Source: Eledone cirrhosa
Lineage: Eukaryota
DNA length: 64,000 nt
Reading direction: 5' to 3'
Assembly (NCBI GenBank): GCA_964016885.1
Contig: OZ024745.1
Location: 5,580,001 to 5,644,000 of the forward strand
Position 1 is the stretch's first letter. The number at the start of each line of letters is the position of its first letter. The notes beneath the pieces were generated by a model. It was not told where the DNA came from, searched no databases, and saw only the letters and a program-made list of their open reading frames with translations. Shown in pieces: positions 45,676-62,100 of this stretch. The position numbers and the translations under genes were made by a program.

Positions 45676-48600
45676 ATTATGACAATATTTGGTCGTTATA
45701 AACTATGAGAACAAACATTTGGTCGTTATAAACTATGACAACATACATTTGGTCGTTATAAACTATAACAACATTTGGTCGTTATAAACTATGACAACAT
45801 ACATTTGGTCGATATAAACTATGGCAACATTTGGTCGTTATAAACTATGACAACATTTGGTCGTTATAAACTATGGCAACACTTGGTCGTTATAAACTAT
45901 GACAACATACATTTGGTCGTTATAAACTATGGCAACATTTGGTCGTTATAAACTATGACAACATTTGGTCGTTATAAACTATAGCAACACTTGGTCGTTA
46001 TAAACTATGGCAACATACATTTGGGCGTTATAAACTATGACAACATACATTTTGTCGTTATAAACTATGGCAACATACATTTGGTCGTTATAAACTATGA
46101 CAATATTTGGTCGTTATAAACTATGACAACATTTGGTCGTTATAAACAATCACTACATACATTTGGTCGTTATAAACTATGACAACCTTTGGTCGTTATA
46201 AACTATGGCAACACTTGGTCGTTATAAACTATGACAACATACATTTGATCGTTATAAACAATGACAACATTTGGTCGTTATAAACAATGACAACATTTGA
46301 TCGTTATAAACTATGACAACATTTGGTCGTAATAAACTATGGCAACACTTGGTCGTTATAAACTATGACAACCTACATTTCGTCGTTATAAACTATGACA
46401 ACATTTGGTCGTTATAAACTATGACAACATACATTTAGTCGTTATAAACTATGACAACATTTGGTCGTTATAAACTATGACAACATACATTTAGTCGTTA
46501 TAAACTATGACAACATTTGGTCGTTATAAACTACGACAACATACATTTGGTCATTATAAACTATGAGAACATTTGGTCGTTATAAACAATGGCAACACTT
46601 GGTCGTTATAAACTATGACAACATACATTTGGTCGTTATAAACTATGACAACATTTGGTCGTTATAAACAATGACAACATACATTTGGTCGTTATAAACT
46701 ATGACAACATTTGGTCGTTATAAACTATGACAACATACATTTGGTCGTTATAAACTATGACAACATTTGGTCGTTATAAACTATGACAGCATTTGGTCGT
46801 TATAAACTATGACAACATACATTTGGTCGTTATAAACTATGACAACATACATTTGGTCGTTATAAACAATGACAACATTTGGTCGTTATAAACTATGACA
46901 ACGTTTGATCGTTATAAACTATGACAACATACATTAGGTCGTTATAAACTATGGCAACACTTGGTCGTTATAAACTATGACAATATACATTAGGTCGTTA
47001 TAAACTATGACAACATTTGGTCGTTATAAACTATGACAACATACATTTGGTCGTTATAAACTGGCAACATTTGGTTGTTATAAACTATGACAACATACAT
47101 TTGGTCGTTATAAACAATGACAACATTTGGTCGTTATAAACAATGACAACATTTGATCGTTATAAACTATGAGAACATATGGTCGTTATAAACTATGACA
47201 ACATTTGATCGTTATAAACTATGACAACATTTGGTCGTTATAAACTATGGCAACACTTGGTCGTTATAAACTATGATAACATACATTTGGTTGTTATAAA
47301 CTATGGCAACATTTGGTCGTTATAAACTATGACAACATTTGGTCGTTATAAACTATGGCAACACTTGGTCGTTATAAACTATGGCAACATACATTTGGTC
47401 GTTATAAACTATGACAACATACATTAGGTCGTTAAAAACTATGACAACATTTGGTCGTTATAAACTAAGACAACATTTGGTCGTTATAAACTATGACAAC
47501 ATACATTTTGTCGTTATAAACTATGGCAACATACATTTGGTCGTTATAAACTATGACAACATTTGGTCGTTATAAACAATCACTACATACATTTGGTCGT
47601 TATAAACTATGACAACCTTTGGTCGTTATAAACTATGGCAACACTTGGTCGTTATAAACTATGACAACATATATTTGATCGTTATAAACAATGACAACAT
47701 TTGGTCGTTATAAACAATGACAACATTTGATCGTTATAAACTATGACAACATTTGGTCGTAATAAACTATGGCAAGACTTGGTCGTTATAAACTATGACA
47801 ACCTACATTTCGTCGTTATAAACTATGACAACATTTGGTCGTTATGAACTATGACAACATACATTTGGTCGTTATAAATTATGACAATATTTGGTCGTTA
47901 TAAACTATGAGAACAAACATTTGGTCGTTATAAACTATGACAACATACATTTGGTCGTTATAAACTATAACAACATTTGGTCGTTATAAACTATGACAAC
48001 ATACATTTGGTCGATATAAACTATGGCAACATTTGGTCGTTATAAACTATGACAACATTTGGTCGTTATAAACTATAGCAACACTTGGTCGTTATAAACT
48101 ATGACAACATACATTTGGTCGTTATAAACTATGGCAACATTTGGTCGTTATAAACTATGACAACATTTGGTCGTTATAAACTATAGCAACACTTGGTCGT
48201 TATAAACTATGGCAACATACATTTGGGCGTTATAAACTATGACAACATACATTAGGTCGTTAAAAACTATGACAACATTTGGTCGTTATAAACTATGACA
48301 ACATTTGGTCGTTATAAACTATGACAACATACATTTTGTCGTTATAAACTATGGCAACATACATTTGGTCGTTATAAACTATGACAATATTTGGTCGTTA
48401 TAAACTATGACAACATTTGGTCGTTATAAACAATCACTACATACATTTGGTCGTTATAAACTATGACAACCTTTGGTCGTTATAAACTATGGCAACACTT
48501 GGTCGTTATAAACTATGACAACATACATTTGATCGTTATAAACAATGACAACATTTGGTCGTTATAAACAATGACAACATTTGATCGTTATAAACTATGA

Positions 48601-51600
48601 CAACATTTGGTCGTAATAAACTATGGCAACACTTGGTCGTTATAAACTATGACAACCTACATTTCGTCGTTATAAACTATGACAACATTTGGTCGTTATA
48701 AACTATGACAACATACATTTAGTCGTTATAAACTATGACAACATTTGGTCGTTATAAACTATGACAACATAGATTTAGTCGTTATAAACTATGACAACAT
48801 TTGGTCGTTATAAACTACGACAACATACATTTGGTCATTATAAACTATGAGAACATTTGGTCGTTATAAACAATGGCAACACTTGGTCGTTATAAACTAT
48901 GACAACATACATTTGGTCGTTATAAACTATGACAACATTTGGTCGTTATAAACAATGACAACATACATTTGGTCGTTATAAACTATGACAACATTTGGTC
49001 GTTATAAACTATGACAACATACATTTGGTCGTTATAAACTATGACAACATTTGGTCGTTATAAACTATGACAGCATTTGGTCGTTATAAACTATGACAAC
49101 ATACATTTGGTCGTTATAAACTATGACAACATACATTTGGTCGTTATAAACAATGACAACATTTGGTCGTTATAAACTATGACAACGTTTGATCGTTATA
49201 AACTATGACAACATACATTAGGTCGTTATAAACTATGGCAACACTTGGTCGTTATAAACTATGACAATATACATTAGGTCGTTATAAACTATGACAACAT
49301 TTGGTCGTTATAAACTATGACAACATACATTTGGTCGTTATAAACTGGCAACATTTGGTTGTTATAAACTATGACAACATACATTTGGTCGTTATAAACA
49401 ATGACAACATTTGGTCGTTATAAACAATGACAACATTTGATCGTTATAAACTATGAGAACATATGGTCGTTATAAACTATGACAACATTTGATCGTTATA
49501 AACTATGAGAACATTTGGTCGTTATAAACAATGACTTCATTTGATCGTTATAAACTATGAGAACATTTGGTCGTTATAAACTATGACAACATTTGATCGT
49601 TATAAACTATGAGAACATTTGGTCGTTATAAACAATGACAACATTTGATCGTTATAAACTATGACAACATACATTTGGTCGTAATAAACTATGACAACAG
49701 TTGATTGTTATAAACTATGACAACATTTGGCCGTTATAAACTATGACAAAGTACATTTGGTGGTTATAAACTATGGCAACATTTGGTCGTTATAAACTAT
49801 GACAACATTTGACCGTTATAAACTATGACAACATTTGGTCGTTATAAACTATGACCACATACATTTGGTCGTTATAAACTATAAAAACATTTGGTCGTTA
49901 TAAACTATGACAACATTTGGTCGTTATAAACTATGGCAACATTCGGTCGTTATAAACTATGACAACATACATTTGGTCGTTATAAACTATGGCAACATAC
50001 ATTTGGTCGTTATAAACTATGACAACATTTGGTCGTTATAAACTATGACAACATACATTTGGTCGTTATAAACTATGACAACATACATTTGGTCGTTATA
50101 AACTATGACAACATACATTTGGTCGTTATAAACTATGGCAACCTACATTTGGTCGTTATAAACTATGACAACATTTGGCCGTTATAAACTATGACAACAT
50201 ACATTTGGTCGTTATAAACTATGACAACATACATTTGGTCGTTATAAACTATGACAACATACATTTGGACGTTATAAACTATGACAACATTTGGTCGTTA
50301 TAAACTATGACAACATACATTTGGTCGTTATAAACTATGACATCATACATTTGAACGTTATAAACTATGACAACATACATTAGTTCGTTATAAACTATGA
50401 CAACATTTGGTCGTTATAAACTATGACAACATAGATTTGTTCGTTATAAACTATGACAACATTTGGTCGTTATAAACTATGACAACATTTGGTCGTTATA
50501 AACTATGACAACATTTGGTCGTTATAAACTATGACAACATTTGGTCGTTATAAACTATGACAACATTTGGTCGTTATAAACTATGACAACATTTGGTCGT
50601 TATAAACTATGACAACATTTGGTCGTTATAAACTATGACAACTTTTGGTCGTTATGAACTATGACAACATACATTTGGTCGTTATAAACTATGACAACAT
50701 ACAGTTGGTCGTTATAAACTATAACAACATTTGGTCGTTATAAACTATGACAACATTTGGTCGTTATAAACTATGACAACATACATTTCGTCGTTATAAA
50801 CTATGGCAACATTTGGTCGTTATAAACTATGACAACATTTGGTCGTTATGAACTATGACAACATACATTTGGTCGTTATAAATTATGACAACATTTGGTC
50901 GTTATAAACTATGAGAACAAACATTTGGTCGTTATAAACTATGACAACATACATTTGGTCGTTATAAACTATAACAACATTTGGTCGTTATAAACTATGA
51001 CAACATACATTTGGTCGATATAAACTATGGCAACATTTGGTCGTTATAAACTATGACAACATTTGGTCGTTATAAACTATGGCAACACTTGGTCGTTATA
51101 AACTATGACAACATACATTTGGTCGTTATAAACTATGGCAACATTTGGTCGTTATAAACTATGGCAACACTTGGTCGTTATAAACTATGGCAACATACAT
51201 TTGGTCGTTATAAACTATGACAACATACATTAGGTCGTTAAAAACTATGACAACATTTGGTCGTTATAAACTATGACAACATTTGGTCGTTATAAACTAT
51301 GACAACATACATTTTGTCGTTATAAACTATGGCAACATACATTTGGTCGTTATAAACTATGACAACATTTGGTCGTTATAAACTATGACAACATTTGGTC
51401 GTTATAAACTATCACTACATACATTTGGTCGTTATAAACTATGACAACATACATTTGATCGTTATAAACAATGACAACATTTGGTCGTTATAAACAATGA
51501 CAACATTTGATCGTTATAAACTATGACAACATTTGGTCGTAATAAACTATGGCAACACTTGGTCGTTATAAACTATGACAACCTACATTTCGTCGTTATA

Positions 51601-52399
51601 AACTATGACAACATTTGGTCGTTATAAACTAGGACAACATACATTTAGTCGTTATAAACTATGACAACATTTGGTCGTTATAAACTATGACAACATACAT
51701 TTAGTCGTTATAAACTATGACAACATTTGGTCGTTATAAACTACGACGACATACATTTGGTCATTATAAACTATGAGAACATTTGGTCGTTATAAACTAT
51801 GGCAACACTTGGTCGTTATAAACTAGGACAACATACATTTGGTCGTTATAAACTATGACAACATTTGGTCGTTATAAACAATGACAACATACATTTGGTC
51901 GTTATAAACTATGACAACATTTGGTCGTTATAAACTATGACAACATTTGGTCGTTATAAACTATGACAGCATTTGGTCGTTATAAACTATGACAACATAC
52001 ATTTGGTCGTTATAAACTATGACAACATACATTTGGTCGTTATAAACAATGACAAGGTTTGGTCGTTATGAACTATGACAACGTTTGATCGTTATAAACT
52101 ATGACAACATACATTAGGTCGTTATAAACTATGGCAACACTTGGTCGTTATAAACTATGACAATATAAATTAGGTCGTTATAAACTATGACAACATTTGG
52201 TCGTTAAAAACTATGACAACATACATTTGGTCGTTATAAACTGGCAACATTTGGTTGTTATAAACTATGACAACATACATTTGGTCGTTATAAACAATGA
52301 TAACATTTGGTCGTTATAAACAATGACAACATTTGATCGTTATAAACTATGAGAACATTTGGTCGTTATAAACTATGACAACATTTGATCGTTATAAAC

Positions 52400-55300
52400 T
52401 ATGACAACATTTGGTCGTTATAAACTATGGCAACACTTGGTCGTTATAAACTATGGCAACATACATTTGGTCGTTATAAACTATGACAACATACATTAGG
52501 TCGTTAAAAACTATGACAGCATTTGGTCGTTATAAACTATGACAACATTTGGTCGTTATAAACTATGACAACATACATTTTGTCGTTATAAACTATGGCA
52601 ACATACATTTGGTCGTTATAAACTATGACAACATTTGGTCGTTATAAACTATGACAACATTTGGTCGTTATAAACTATCACTACATACATTTGGTCGTTA
52701 TAAACTATGACAACATACATTTGATCGTTATAAATAATGACAACATTTGGTCGTTATAAACAATGACAACATTTGATCGTTATAAACTATGACAACATTT
52801 GGTCGTAATAAACTATGGCAACACTTGGTCGTTATAAACTATGACAACCTACATTTCGTCGTTATAAACTATGACAACATTTGGTCGTTATAAACTATGA
52901 CAACATACATTTAGTCGTTATAAACTATGACAACATTTGGTCGTTATAAACTATGACAACATACATTTAGTCGTTATAAACTATGACAACATTTGGTCGT
53001 TATAAACTACGACGACATACATTTGGTCATTATAAACTATGAGAACATTTGGTCGTTATAAACTATGGCAACACTTGGTCGTTATAAACTATGACAACAT
53101 ACATTTGGTCGTTATAAACTATGACAACATTTGGTCGTTATAAACAATGACAACATACATTTGGTCGTTATAAACTATGACAACATTTGGTCGTTATAAA
53201 CTATGACAACATACATTTGGTCGTTATAAACTATGACAACATTTGGTCGTTATAAACTATGACAGCATTTGGTCGTTATAAACTATGACAACATACATTT
53301 GGTCGTTATAAACTATGACAACATACATTTGGTCGTTATAAACAATGACAAGGTTTGGTCGTTGTGAACTATGACAACGTTTGATCGTTATAAACTATGA
53401 CAACATACATTAGGTCGTTATAAACTATGGCAACACTTGGTCGTTATAAACTATGACAATATTAATTAGGTCGTTATAAACTATGACAACATTTGGTCGT
53501 TATAAACTATGACAACATACATTTGGTCGTTATGAACTGGCAACATTTGGTTGTTATAAACTATGACAACATACATTTGGTCGTTATAAACAATGACAAC
53601 ATTTGGTCGTTATAAACAATGACAACATTTGATCGTTATAAACTATGAGAACATATGGTCGTTATAAACTATGACAACATTTGATCGTTATAAACTATGA
53701 GAACATTTGGTCGTTATAAACTATGACAACATTTGATCGTTATAAACTATGAGAACATTTGGTCGTTATAAACAATGACAACATTTGATCGTTATAAACT
53801 ATGACAAAATACATTTATTCGTAATAAACTATGACAACAGTTGATCGTTATAAACTATGAGAACATTTGGTCGTTATAAACTATGACAACGTTTGGTCGT
53901 TATAAACTATCACAACATACATTTATTCGTAATAAACTATGACAACAGTTGATCGTTATAAACTATGACAACATTTGGTCGTTATAAACTATGACAATAT
54001 ACATTAGGTCGTTATAAACTATGACAACATTTGGCCGTTATAAACTATGACAAAGTACATTTGGTGGTTATAAACTATGGCAACATTTGACCGTTATAAA
54101 CTATGACAACATTTGGTCGTTATAAACTATGACCACATACATTTGGTCGTTATAAACTATAAAAACATTTGGTCGTTATAAACTATGACAACATTTGGTC
54201 GTTATAAACTATGGCAACATTCGGTCGTTATAAACTATGACAACATACATTTGGTCGTTATAAACTATGGCAACATACATTTGGTCGTTATAAACTATGA
54301 CAACATTTGGTCGTTATAAACTATGACAACATACATTTGGTCGTTATAAACTATGGCAACATACATTTGGTCGTTATAAACTATGACAACATTTGGCCGT
54401 TATAAACTATGACAACATACATTTGGTCGTTATATACTATGACAACATACATTCGGTCGTTATAAACTATGACAACATACATTTGGACGTTATAAACTAT
54501 GACAACATTTGGTCGTTATAAACTATGACAACATACATTTGGTCGTTATAAACTATGACAACATACATTTGGACGTTATAAACTATGACAACATACATTA
54601 GTTCGTTATAAACTATGACAACATTTGGTCGTTATAAACTATTTCAACATACATTTGTTCGTTATAAACTATGACAACATTTGGTCGTTATAAACTATGG
54701 CAACATTCGGTCGTTATAAACTATGACAACATACATTTGGTCGTTATAAACTATGGCAACATACATTTGGTCGTTATAAACTATGACAACATTTGGTCGT
54801 TATAAACTATGACAACATACATTTGGTCGTTATAAACTATGACAACATACATTTGGTCGTTATAAACTATGACCACATACATTTGGTCGTTATAAACTAT
54901 AAAAACATTTGGTCGTTATAAACTATGACAACATTTGGTCGTTATAAACTATGGCAACATTCGGTCGTTATAAACTATGACAACATACATTTGGTCGTTA
55001 TAAACTATGGCAACATACATTTGGTCGTTATAAACTATGACAACATTTGGTCGTTATACACTATGACAACATACATTTGGTCGTTATAAACTATGACAAC
55101 ATACATTTGGTCGTTATAAACTATGACAACATACATTTGGTCGTTATAAACTATGGCAACATACATTTGGTCGTTATAAACTATGACAACATTTGGCCGT
55201 TATAAACTATGACAACATACATTTGGTCGTTATAAACTATGACAACATACATTTGGTCGTTATAAACTATGACAACATACATTTGGACGTTATAAACTAT

Positions 55301-58300
55301 GACAACATTTGGTCGTTATAAACTATGACAACATACATTTGGTCGTTATAAACTATGACATCATACATTTGAACGTTATAAACTATGACAACATACATTA
55401 GTTCGTTATAAACTATGACAACATTTGGTCGTTATAAACTATGACAACATAGATTTGTTCGTTATAAACTATGACAACATTTGGTCGTTATAAACTATGA
55501 CAACATTTGGTCGTTATAAACTATGACAACATTTGGTCGTTATAAACTATGACAACATACATTTGGTCGTTATAAACTATGACAACATTTGGCCGTTATA
55601 AACTATGACAACATTTGGTCGTTATAAACTATGACAACTTTTGGTCGTTATGAACTATGACAACATACATTTGGTCGTTATAAACTATGACAACATACAG
55701 TTGGTCGTTATAAACTATAACAACATTTGGTCGTTATAAACTATGACAACATTTGGTCGTTATAAACTATGACAACATACATTTCGTCGTTATAAACTAT
55801 GGCAACATTTGGTCGTTATAAACTATGACAACATTTGGTCGTTATGAACTATGACAACATACATTTGGTCGTTATAAATTATGACAACATTTGGTCGTTA
55901 TAAACTATGAGAACAAACATTTGGTCGTTATAAACTATGACAACATACATTTGGTCGTTATAAACTATAACAACATTTGGTCGTTATAAACTATGACAAC
56001 ATACATTTGGTCGATATAAACTATGGCAACATTTGGTCGTTATAAACTATGACAACATTTGGTCGTTATAAACTATGGCAACACTTGGTCGTTATAAACT
56101 ATGACAACATACATTTGGTCGTTATAAACTATGGCAACATTTGGTCGTTATAAACTATGACAACATTTGGTCGTTATAAACTATGGCAACACTTGGTCGT
56201 TATAAACTATGGCAACATACATTTGGTCGTTATAAACTATGACAACATACATTAGGTCGTTAAAAACTATGACAACATTTGGTCGTTATAAACTATGACA
56301 ACATTTGGTCGTTATAAACTATGACAACATACATTTTGTCGTTATAAACTATGGCAACATACATTTGGTCGTTATAAACTATGACAACATTTGGTCGTTA
56401 TAAACTATGACAACATTTGGTCGTTATAAACTATCACTACATACATTTGGTCGTTATAAACTATGACAACATACATTTGATCGTTATAAATAATGACAAC
56501 ATTTGGTCGTTATAAACAATGACAACATTTGATCGTTATAAACTATGACAACATTTGGTCGTAATAAACTATGGCAACACTTGGTCGTTATAAACTATGA
56601 CAACCTACATTTCGTCGTTATAAACTATGACAACATTTGGTCGTTATAAACTATGACAACATACATTTAGTCGTTATAAACTATGACAACATTTGGTCGT
56701 TATAAACTATGACAACATACATTTAGTCGTTATAAACTATGACAACATTTGGTCGTTATAAACTACGACGACATACATTTGGTCATTATAAACTATGAGA
56801 ACATTTGGTCGTTATAAACTATGGCAACACTTGGTCGTTATAAACTATGACAACATACATTTGGTCGTTATAAACTATGACAACATTTGGTCGTTATAAA
56901 CAATGACAACATACATTTGGTCGTTATAAACTATGACAACATTTGGTCGTTATAAACTATGACAACATACATTTGGTCGTTATAAACTATGACAACATTT
57001 GGTCGTTATAAACTATGACAGCATTTGGTCGTTATAAACTATGACAACATACATTTGGTCGTTATAAACTATGACAACATACATTTGGTCGTTATAAACA
57101 ATGACAAGGTTTGGTCGTTGTGAACTATGACAACGTTTGATCGTTATAAACTATGACAACATACATTAGGTCGTTATAAACTATGGCAACACTTGGTCGT
57201 TATAAACTATGACAATATTAATTAGGTCGTTATAAACTATGACAACATTTGGTCGTTATAAACTATGACAACATACATTTGGTCGTTATAAACTGGCAAC
57301 ATTTGGTTGTTATAAACTATGACAACATACATTTGGTCGTTATAAACAATGACAACATTTGGTCGTTATAAACAATGACAACATTTGATCGTTATAAACT
57401 ATGAGAACATATGGTCGTTATAAACTATGACAACATTTGATCGTTATAAACTATGAGAACATTTGGTCGTTATAAACTATGACAACATTTGATCGTTATA
57501 AACTATGAGAACATTTGGTCGTTATAAACAATGACAACATTTGATCGTTATAAACTATGACAAAATACATTTATTCGTAATAAACTATGACAACAGTTGA
57601 TCGTTATAAACTATGAGAACATTTGGTCGTTATAAACTATGACAACGTTTGGTCGTTATAAACTATCACAACATACATTTGGTCGTTATAAACTATGACA
57701 ACATTTGGTCGTTATAAACTATGACAATATACATTAGGTCGTTATAAACTATGACAACATTTGGCCGTTATAAACTATGACAAAGTACATTTGGTGGTTA
57801 TAAACTATGGCAACATTTGACCGTTATAAACTATGACAACATTTGGTCGTTATAAACTATGACCACATACATTTGGTCGTTATAAACTATAAAAACATTT
57901 GGTCGTTATAAACTATGACAACATTTGGTCGTTATAAACTATGGCAACATTCGGTCGTTATAAACTATGACAACATACATTTGGTCGTTATAAACTATGG
58001 CAACATACATTTGGTCGTTATAAACTATGACAACATTTGGTCGTTATAAACTATGACAACATACATTTGGTCGTTATAAACTATGGCAACATACATTTGG
58101 TCGTTATAAACTATGACAACATTTGGCCGTTATAAACTATGACAACATACATTTGGTCGTTATATACTATGACAACATACATTCGGTCGTTATAAACTAT
58201 GACAACATACATTTGGACGTTATAAACTATGACAACATTTGGTCGTTATAAACTATGACAACATACATTTGGTCGTTATAAACTATGACAACATACATTT

Positions 58301-58420
58301 GGACGTTATAAACTATGACAACATACATTAGTTCGTTATAAACTATGACAACATTTGGTCGTTATAAACTATTTCAACATACATTTGTTCGTTATAAACT
58401 ATGACAACATTTGGTCGTTA
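52400..58420. repeat. Duplicated ~2.3-kb block at 3,730-3,756-bp offset
   Basis: TAAATAATG 52731/56487, GACAAGG...GTTGTGAAC 53347/57103 and GACAAAATACATTTATTC 53803/57559 (offset 3756). TATATACTAT 54431/58161 and ATTTCAACAT 54641/58371 (offset 3730). Confidence 0.88.
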
Positions 58421-59159
58421 TAAACTATGACAACATTTGGTCGTTATAAACTATGACAACATTTGGTCGTTATAAACTATGACAACATTTGGTCGTTATA
58501 AACTATGACAACATACATTAGGTCGTTATAAACTATGGCAACACTTGGTCGTTATAAGCTATGACAATATAAATTAGGTCGTTATAAACTATGACAACAT
58601 TTGGTCGTTATAAACTATGACAACATACATTTGGTCGTTATAAACTGGCAACATTTGGTTGTTATAAACTATGACAACATACATTTGGTCGTTATAAACA
58701 ATGACAACATTTGATCGTTATAAACTATGAGAACATATGGTCGTTATAAACTATGACAACATTTGATCGTTATAAACTATGAGAACATTTGGTCGTTATA
58801 AACAATGGCAACATTTGATCGTTATAAACTATGACAACATACATTTGGTCGTTATAAACTATGACAACATACACTTGGACGTTATAAACTATGACAACTT
58901 TTGGTCGTTATAAACTATGACAACATACATTTCGTCGTTATAAACTATGGCAACATTTGGTCGTTATAAACTATGACAACATTTGGTCGTTATAAACTAT
59001 GACAACATACATTTGGTCGTTATAAATTATGACAACATTTGGTCGTTATAAACTATGAGAACAAACATTTGGTCGTTATAAACTATGACAACATACATTA
59101 GGTCGTTATAAACTAGGACAACATTTGGTCGTTATAAACTATGACAACATTTGGTCGTT

Positions 59160-62100
59160 ATAAACTATGACAACATACATTTGGCCGTTATAAACTATGA
59201 CAAAGTACATTTGGTGGTTATAAACTATGGCAACATTTGGTCGTTATAAACTATGACAACATTTGACCGTTATAAACTATGACCACATACATTTGGTCGT
59301 TATAAACTATAAAAACATTTGGTCGTTATAAACTATGACAACATTTGGTCGTTATAAACTATGGCAACATTCGGTCGTTATAAACTATGACAACATACAT
59401 TTGGTCGTTATAAACTATGGCAACATACATTTGGTCGTTATAAACTATGACAACATTTGGTCGTTATAAACTATGACAACATACATTTGGTCGTTATAAA
59501 CTATGACAACATACATTTGGTCGTTATAAACTATGACAACATACATTTGGTCGTTATAGACTATGGCAACATACATTTGGTTGTTATAAACTATGACAAC
59601 ATTTGGCCGTTATAAACTATGACAACATACATTTGGTCGTTATAAACTATGACAACATACATTTGGACGTTATAAACTATGACAACATTTGGTCGTTATA
59701 AACTATGACAACATACATTTGGTCGTTATAAACTATGACAACATACATTTGGACGTTATAAACTATGACAACATACATTAGTTCGTTATAAACTATGACA
59801 ACATTTGGTCGTTATAAACTATGACAACATACATTTGTTCGTTATAAACTATGACAACATTTGATCGTTATAAACTATGAGAACATTTGGTCGTTATAAA
59901 CTATGACAACATTTGATCGTTATAAACTATGAGAACATTTGGTCGTTATAAACAATGACAACATTTGATCGTTATAAACTATGACAACATACATTTGGTC
60001 GTTATAAACTATGACAACATTTGATCGTTATAAACTATGAGAACATTTGGTCGTTATAAACTATGACAACATTTGGTCGTTATAAACTATGACAACATAC
60101 ATTTGGACGTTATAAACTATGACAACATACATTAGTTCGTTATAAACTATGACAACATTTGGTCGTTATAAACTATGACAACATACATTTGTTCGTCATA
60201 AACTATGACAAAATTTGGTCGTTATAAACTATGACAACATTTGGTCGTTATAAACTATGACAACATTTGGTCGTTATAAACTATGACAACATTTGGCCGT
60301 TATAAACTATGACAACATTTGGTCGTTATAAACTATGACAACTTTTGGTCGTTATAAACTATGACAACATTTGGTCGTTATAAACTATCACTACATACAT
60401 TTGGTCGTTATAAACTATGACAACCTTTGGTCGTTATAAACTATGGCAACACTTGGTCGTTATAAACTATGACAACATACATTTTGTCGTTATAAACAAT
60501 GACAACATTTGGTGGTTATAAACAATGACAACATTTGATCGTTATAAACTATGACAACATTTGGTCGTTATAAACTATGGCAACACTTGGTCGTTATAAA
60601 CTATGACAACATACATTTCGTCGTTATAAACTATGACAACATTTGGTCGTTATAAACTATGACAACATACATTTAGTCGTTATAAACTATGACAACATTT
60701 GGTCGTTATAAACTATGACAACATACATTTAGTCGTTATAAACTATGGCTACACTTGGTCGTTATAAACTATGACAACATACATTTTGTCGTTATAAACT
60801 ATGACAACATTTGGTCGTTATAAACTATGACAGCATTTGGTCGTTATAAACTATGACAACATACATTTGGCCGTTATAAACTATTGCAAAGTACATTTGG
60901 TGGTTATAAACTATGGCAACATTTGGTCGTTATAAACTATGACAACATTTGACCGTTATAAACTATGACCACATACATTTGGTCGTTATAAACTATAAAA
61001 ACATTTGGTCGTTATAAACTATGACAACATTTGGTCGTTATAAACTATGGCAACATTCGGTCGTTATAAACTATGACAACATACATTTGGTCGTTATAAA
61101 CTATGGCAACATACATTTGGTCGTTATAAACTATGACAACATTTGGTCGTTATAAACTATGACAACATACATTTGGTCGTTATAAACTATGACAACATAC
61201 ATTTGGTCGTTATAAACTATGACAACATACATTTGGTCGTTATAGACTATGGCAACATACATTTGGTTGTTATAAACTATGACAACATTTGGCCGTTATA
61301 AACTATGACAACATACATTTGGTCGTTATAAACTATGACAACATACATTTGGACGTTATAAACTATGACAACATTTGGTCGTTATAAACTATGACAACAT
61401 ACATTTGGTCGTTATAAACTATGACAACATACATTTGGACGTTATAAACTATGACAACATACATTAGTTCGTTATAAACTATGACAACATTTGGTCGTTA
61501 TAAACTATGGCAACATACATTTGTTCGTTATAAACTATGACAACATTTGATCGTTATAAACTATGAGAACATTTGGTCGTTATAAACTATGACAACATTT
61601 GATCGTTATAAACTATGAGAACATTTGGTCGTTATAAACAATGACAACATTTGATCGTTATAAACTATGACAACATACATTTGGTCGTTATAAACTATGA
61701 CAACATTTGATCGTTATAAACTATGAGAACATTTGGTCGTTATAAACTATGACAACATTTGGTCGTTATAAACTATGACAACATACATTTGGACGTTATA
61801 AACTATGACAACATACATTAGTTCGTTATAAACTATGACAACATTTGGTCGTTATAAACTATGACAACATACATTTGTTCGTCATAAACTATGACAACAT
61901 TTGGTCGTTATAAACTATGACAACATTTGGTCGTTATAAACTATGACAACATTTGGTCGTTATAAACTATGACAACATTTGGCCGTTATAAACTATGACA
62001 ACATTTGGTCGTTATAAACTTTGACAACTTTTGGTCGTTATAAACTATGACAACATTTGGTCGTTATAAACTATCACTACATACATTTGGTCGTTATAAA

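Larger units (their letters stand above)
6700..53300. repeat. Macro-duplication: ~6.7-25.2 kb is paralogous to ~34.4-53.3 kb (offset ~27.7-29.0 kb)
   Basis: Shared private variants: TATAACCTATG 7107/34860 and GGTCCTT 7841/35594 (offset 27753), the 1-bp deletion TTGGTGTTA 14934/39143/43920, GACTTCAT 21513/49533 (28020) and GACAAGG 24035/52051. Confidence 0.88.
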
